From an uncultured Verrucomicrobiota bacterium (GTDB lineage: Bacteria; Verrucomicrobiota; Verrucomicrobiia; Limisphaerales; UBA9464), in NCBI GenBank assembly GCA_903842505.1, contig CAIMMI010000130.1, positions 1,971-65,970 on the forward strand: 64,000 nt of DNA, read 5' to 3'. The notes beneath the pieces are model-generated. The model did not search any database and was not told where the DNA came from. It saw nothing but the letters and a program-made list of their open reading frames with translations. The translations under genes and the position numbers were made by a program. Of the stretch, positions 62,498 to 64,000 are shown piece after piece (the first letter of the stretch is position 1; every line of letters starts with the position of its first letter).

Positions 62498-64000
62498 TTA
62501 CTGGCGCAGGCGGTAGAACTTCGCGGCGGCGCTGGCGGAAACTTCGAACGGGCTGGCGCTGCCGGCCACGTCGGAGTAGCTGCCGTTGAAGGTATCGGAC
62601 TGCTGCAGCGTGCCACCGGTCCAGGTCAGGCGAAGGCCGCTGGCCGTGCGGGCGAAGCTGAGGTTTGAGACGGCGGAGGCCGTGGCGGCGTCGTAGTGCG
62701 CCTTCACCTGCGCAGCCGAGAGGGAGCGCTTGTAGATCGCAACCTCATCGATGCTGCCGGAGAAGTTGTCAGCCCATCCGCTGCCCATGGAACCGATGGC
62801 CCATTCCCCGTCAGGAGAAGAGACCGCGCCCTTGGCGTCGGCGGTGGAGGCGATCTGGGTACCGTTGCGATAGAGGCGCCAGGTGGTGCCGTCGTAGGTG
62901 CCGACGAGATGAACCCATTGGCCGGAGCCGAGGTCCGATCCCACCGACGCGCGGGTCCCGTGGAACCCGGCGTCATCGACGGAACCGACCACGTATTCGG
63001 AGCCTCCTTCGATCCGGAGCGAAACCTCATTCGGGCTCAGGAGCGAACCAGCGAGGGTGATGCCCAGAAGGGCGGCGTCGAAGTCCGATTGGATCGCGGG
63101 ACCATGCGAGACGATGCGGGAGATCGCGCCTTGTTCGGCGTTGGGCTTGATCCAGGCCTCGATGGCAACCTGCCCGACGATGTCGAGGGCAGCGGGGCTG
63201 TTGAGCGCGACGAAGTTTGCGGCGCCGACGGTGACTGCGGCATTGGGAGCCGTGATGCCCGTGGTCACGGGACCGGCGGCGTCATTCGTGCCATTGACGA
63301 CACTGCCGTCGGCGACGGAGCCGAGGGAACCGGAGTTCGCGATCGGAGCCGGGGCCGGTTCGTTGAAGCGCAGGTAGGTCGCCGGAAGCGTGGCGCGCTC
63401 GCGGGTCTGGTCCGGCGTGTTGTTCAGATCGAACGCGGCGGTGTAGACGAGGGTCTCGTAGGAAACCTCGGGGCGGGCATTCGTGCCGGCCTGGTAATGC
63501 GCGAGGATCTGCTCGGGCTTGAGGACGTAGTTGTTGTAGATGGCGAGTTCATCGACGCCACCCTCGTAGGCATTGCTGCCGAGGCCAGAGGCGGCATTGT
63601 AGCCACCGATGCCGATGTCCGACGGGGTTCCGGGAGGCCTGCCCTGACCGGCCTCGGGAATGGCACGGTTGGCCGCGTAGAGCGCGTTTTCATTCTTGGC
63701 CACCTCCACGCCATCGACGTAGGCGGTCAGGATGCCCTGGAACTGATGGTTGCCATTGCCGCCCGGATCGCCGTTGTCGACCTGCGGTTCCCACGTCACC
63801 ACGAGGTGCTGCCAGCGACCCACGGTGTAGTCGGTCCCGGTGAGCACATCCTGGCCACTGGTGCCATTGCCGCTGTACATGCGGAAGTTCCAGCCAAGGC
63901 CCTCACTGGAGGGGTAGGTGGAATTTGGATTGCGCTGGAAGATGACCCAGCCTGTGCGGCCCGTGCCACCGACCATGCGGTTGGCGACAGGTGCCTGACC
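62498..64000 (-). CDS. Secreted multi-LamG (concanavalin A-like lectin) domain protein with a C-terminal FYRL-ending module; 5' end lies outside the window
   Basis: The frame stays open past the ATG at 63976 to the window edge. It has three LamG-like units with the recurring patterns 'W.HLV.T...' and 'G.IDE.AIY...L...Q' (WQHLVVTWEP; GGVDELAIYNNYVL; WVHLVGTYDG; GSIDEVAIYKRSLSAAQV). Confidence 0.8.
   Translation of the reverse strand, partial: GQAPVANRMVGGTGRTGWVIFQRNPNSTYPSSEGLGWNFRMYSGNGTSGQDVLTGTDYTVGRWQHLVVTWEPQVDNGDPGGNGNHQFQGILTAYVDGVEVAKNENALYAANRAIPEAGQGRPPGTPSDIGIGGYNAASGLGSNAYEGGVDELAIYNNYVLKPEQILAHYQAGTNARPEVSYETLVYTAAFDLNNTPDQTRERATLPATYLRFNEPAPAPIANSGSLGSVADGSVVNGTNDAAGPVTTGITAPNAAVTVGAANFVALNSPAALDIVGQVAIEAWIKPNAEQGAISRIVSHGPAIQSDFDAALLGITLAGSLLSPNEVSLRIEGGSEYVVGSVDDAGFHGTRASVGSDLGSGQWVHLVGTYDGTTWRLYRNGTQIASTADAKGAVSSPDGEWAIGSMGSGWADNFSGSIDEVAIYKRSLSAAQVKAHYDAATASAVSNLSFARTASGLRLTWTGGTLQQSDTFNGSYSDVAGSASPFEVSASAAAKFYRLRQ

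Noticed and set aside
61973-62589. Three overlapping plus-strand ORFs (134, 168 and 142 aa) across the 53-bp array
   Set aside because: All three frames are open only because the repeat lacks stop codons. A period of 53 bp cannot maintain a frame, and the translations are Arg/Pro/Ser-rich.

Overview
This is a visibly GC-rich bacterial chromosomal window. Its gene content points to the PVC superphylum, most likely Verrucomicrobiota. That placement is an inference from PEP-CTERM proteins, a DUF1549/DUF1553 + DUF1501 pair, a FecR-LamG anti-sigma factor and a MoxR-DUF58-BatA operon. I support about 45 protein genes and saw no rRNA, tRNA, CRISPR array, transposase or phage genes. Recognisable blocks, in order: a glycosyltransferase trio (1-2.2 kb); fabG-acpP-fabF with a DUF218 protein and a kexin-like S8 protease (2.8-8.9 kb); a secreted alpha/beta hydrolase and a GH31 enzyme; a cluster of secreted and PEP-CTERM surface proteins next to an ECF sigma/FecR-LamG pair (13.6-24.7 kb); an AraC-linked xylose-isomerase-like/aldolase/oxidoreductase operon (26-30 kb); an FeS-type (6-4) photolyase; DUF72, trpA, a mannose-1-P guanylyltransferase, an amidase and a PduO-type adenosyltransferase; a PSD1-DUF1501-Xer recombinase operon; a five-gene MoxR-DUF58-BatA-like operon (47-56 kb); an ABC-F ATPase; a metallophosphoesterase/DUF3299/His-rich lipoprotein trio; a sodium:solute symporter; and a partial multi-LamG protein. 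I found no clear, self-contained novel system such as a defence island. The points most worth follow-up are: (i) a shared roughly 60-aa C-terminal module ending in F-[YV]-R-[VLF] on five unrelated secreted proteins, in the same window as PEP-CTERM tags; (ii) the uncharacterised surface-protein operon beside the ECF/FecR-LamG pair; (iii) dense tiling of nearly every intergenic region by at least five short repeat families. These families are 22-bp imperfect inverted-repeat arms that also form 81-bp and 53-bp tandem arrays, 7-bp periodic CAG/CAA tracts, a roughly 150-bp MITE-like element, a 64-bp hairpin element and a hexamer-repeat hairpin. Start codons are often uncertain because high GC gives long upstream open frames, and many long antisense ORFs in the track are artefacts.
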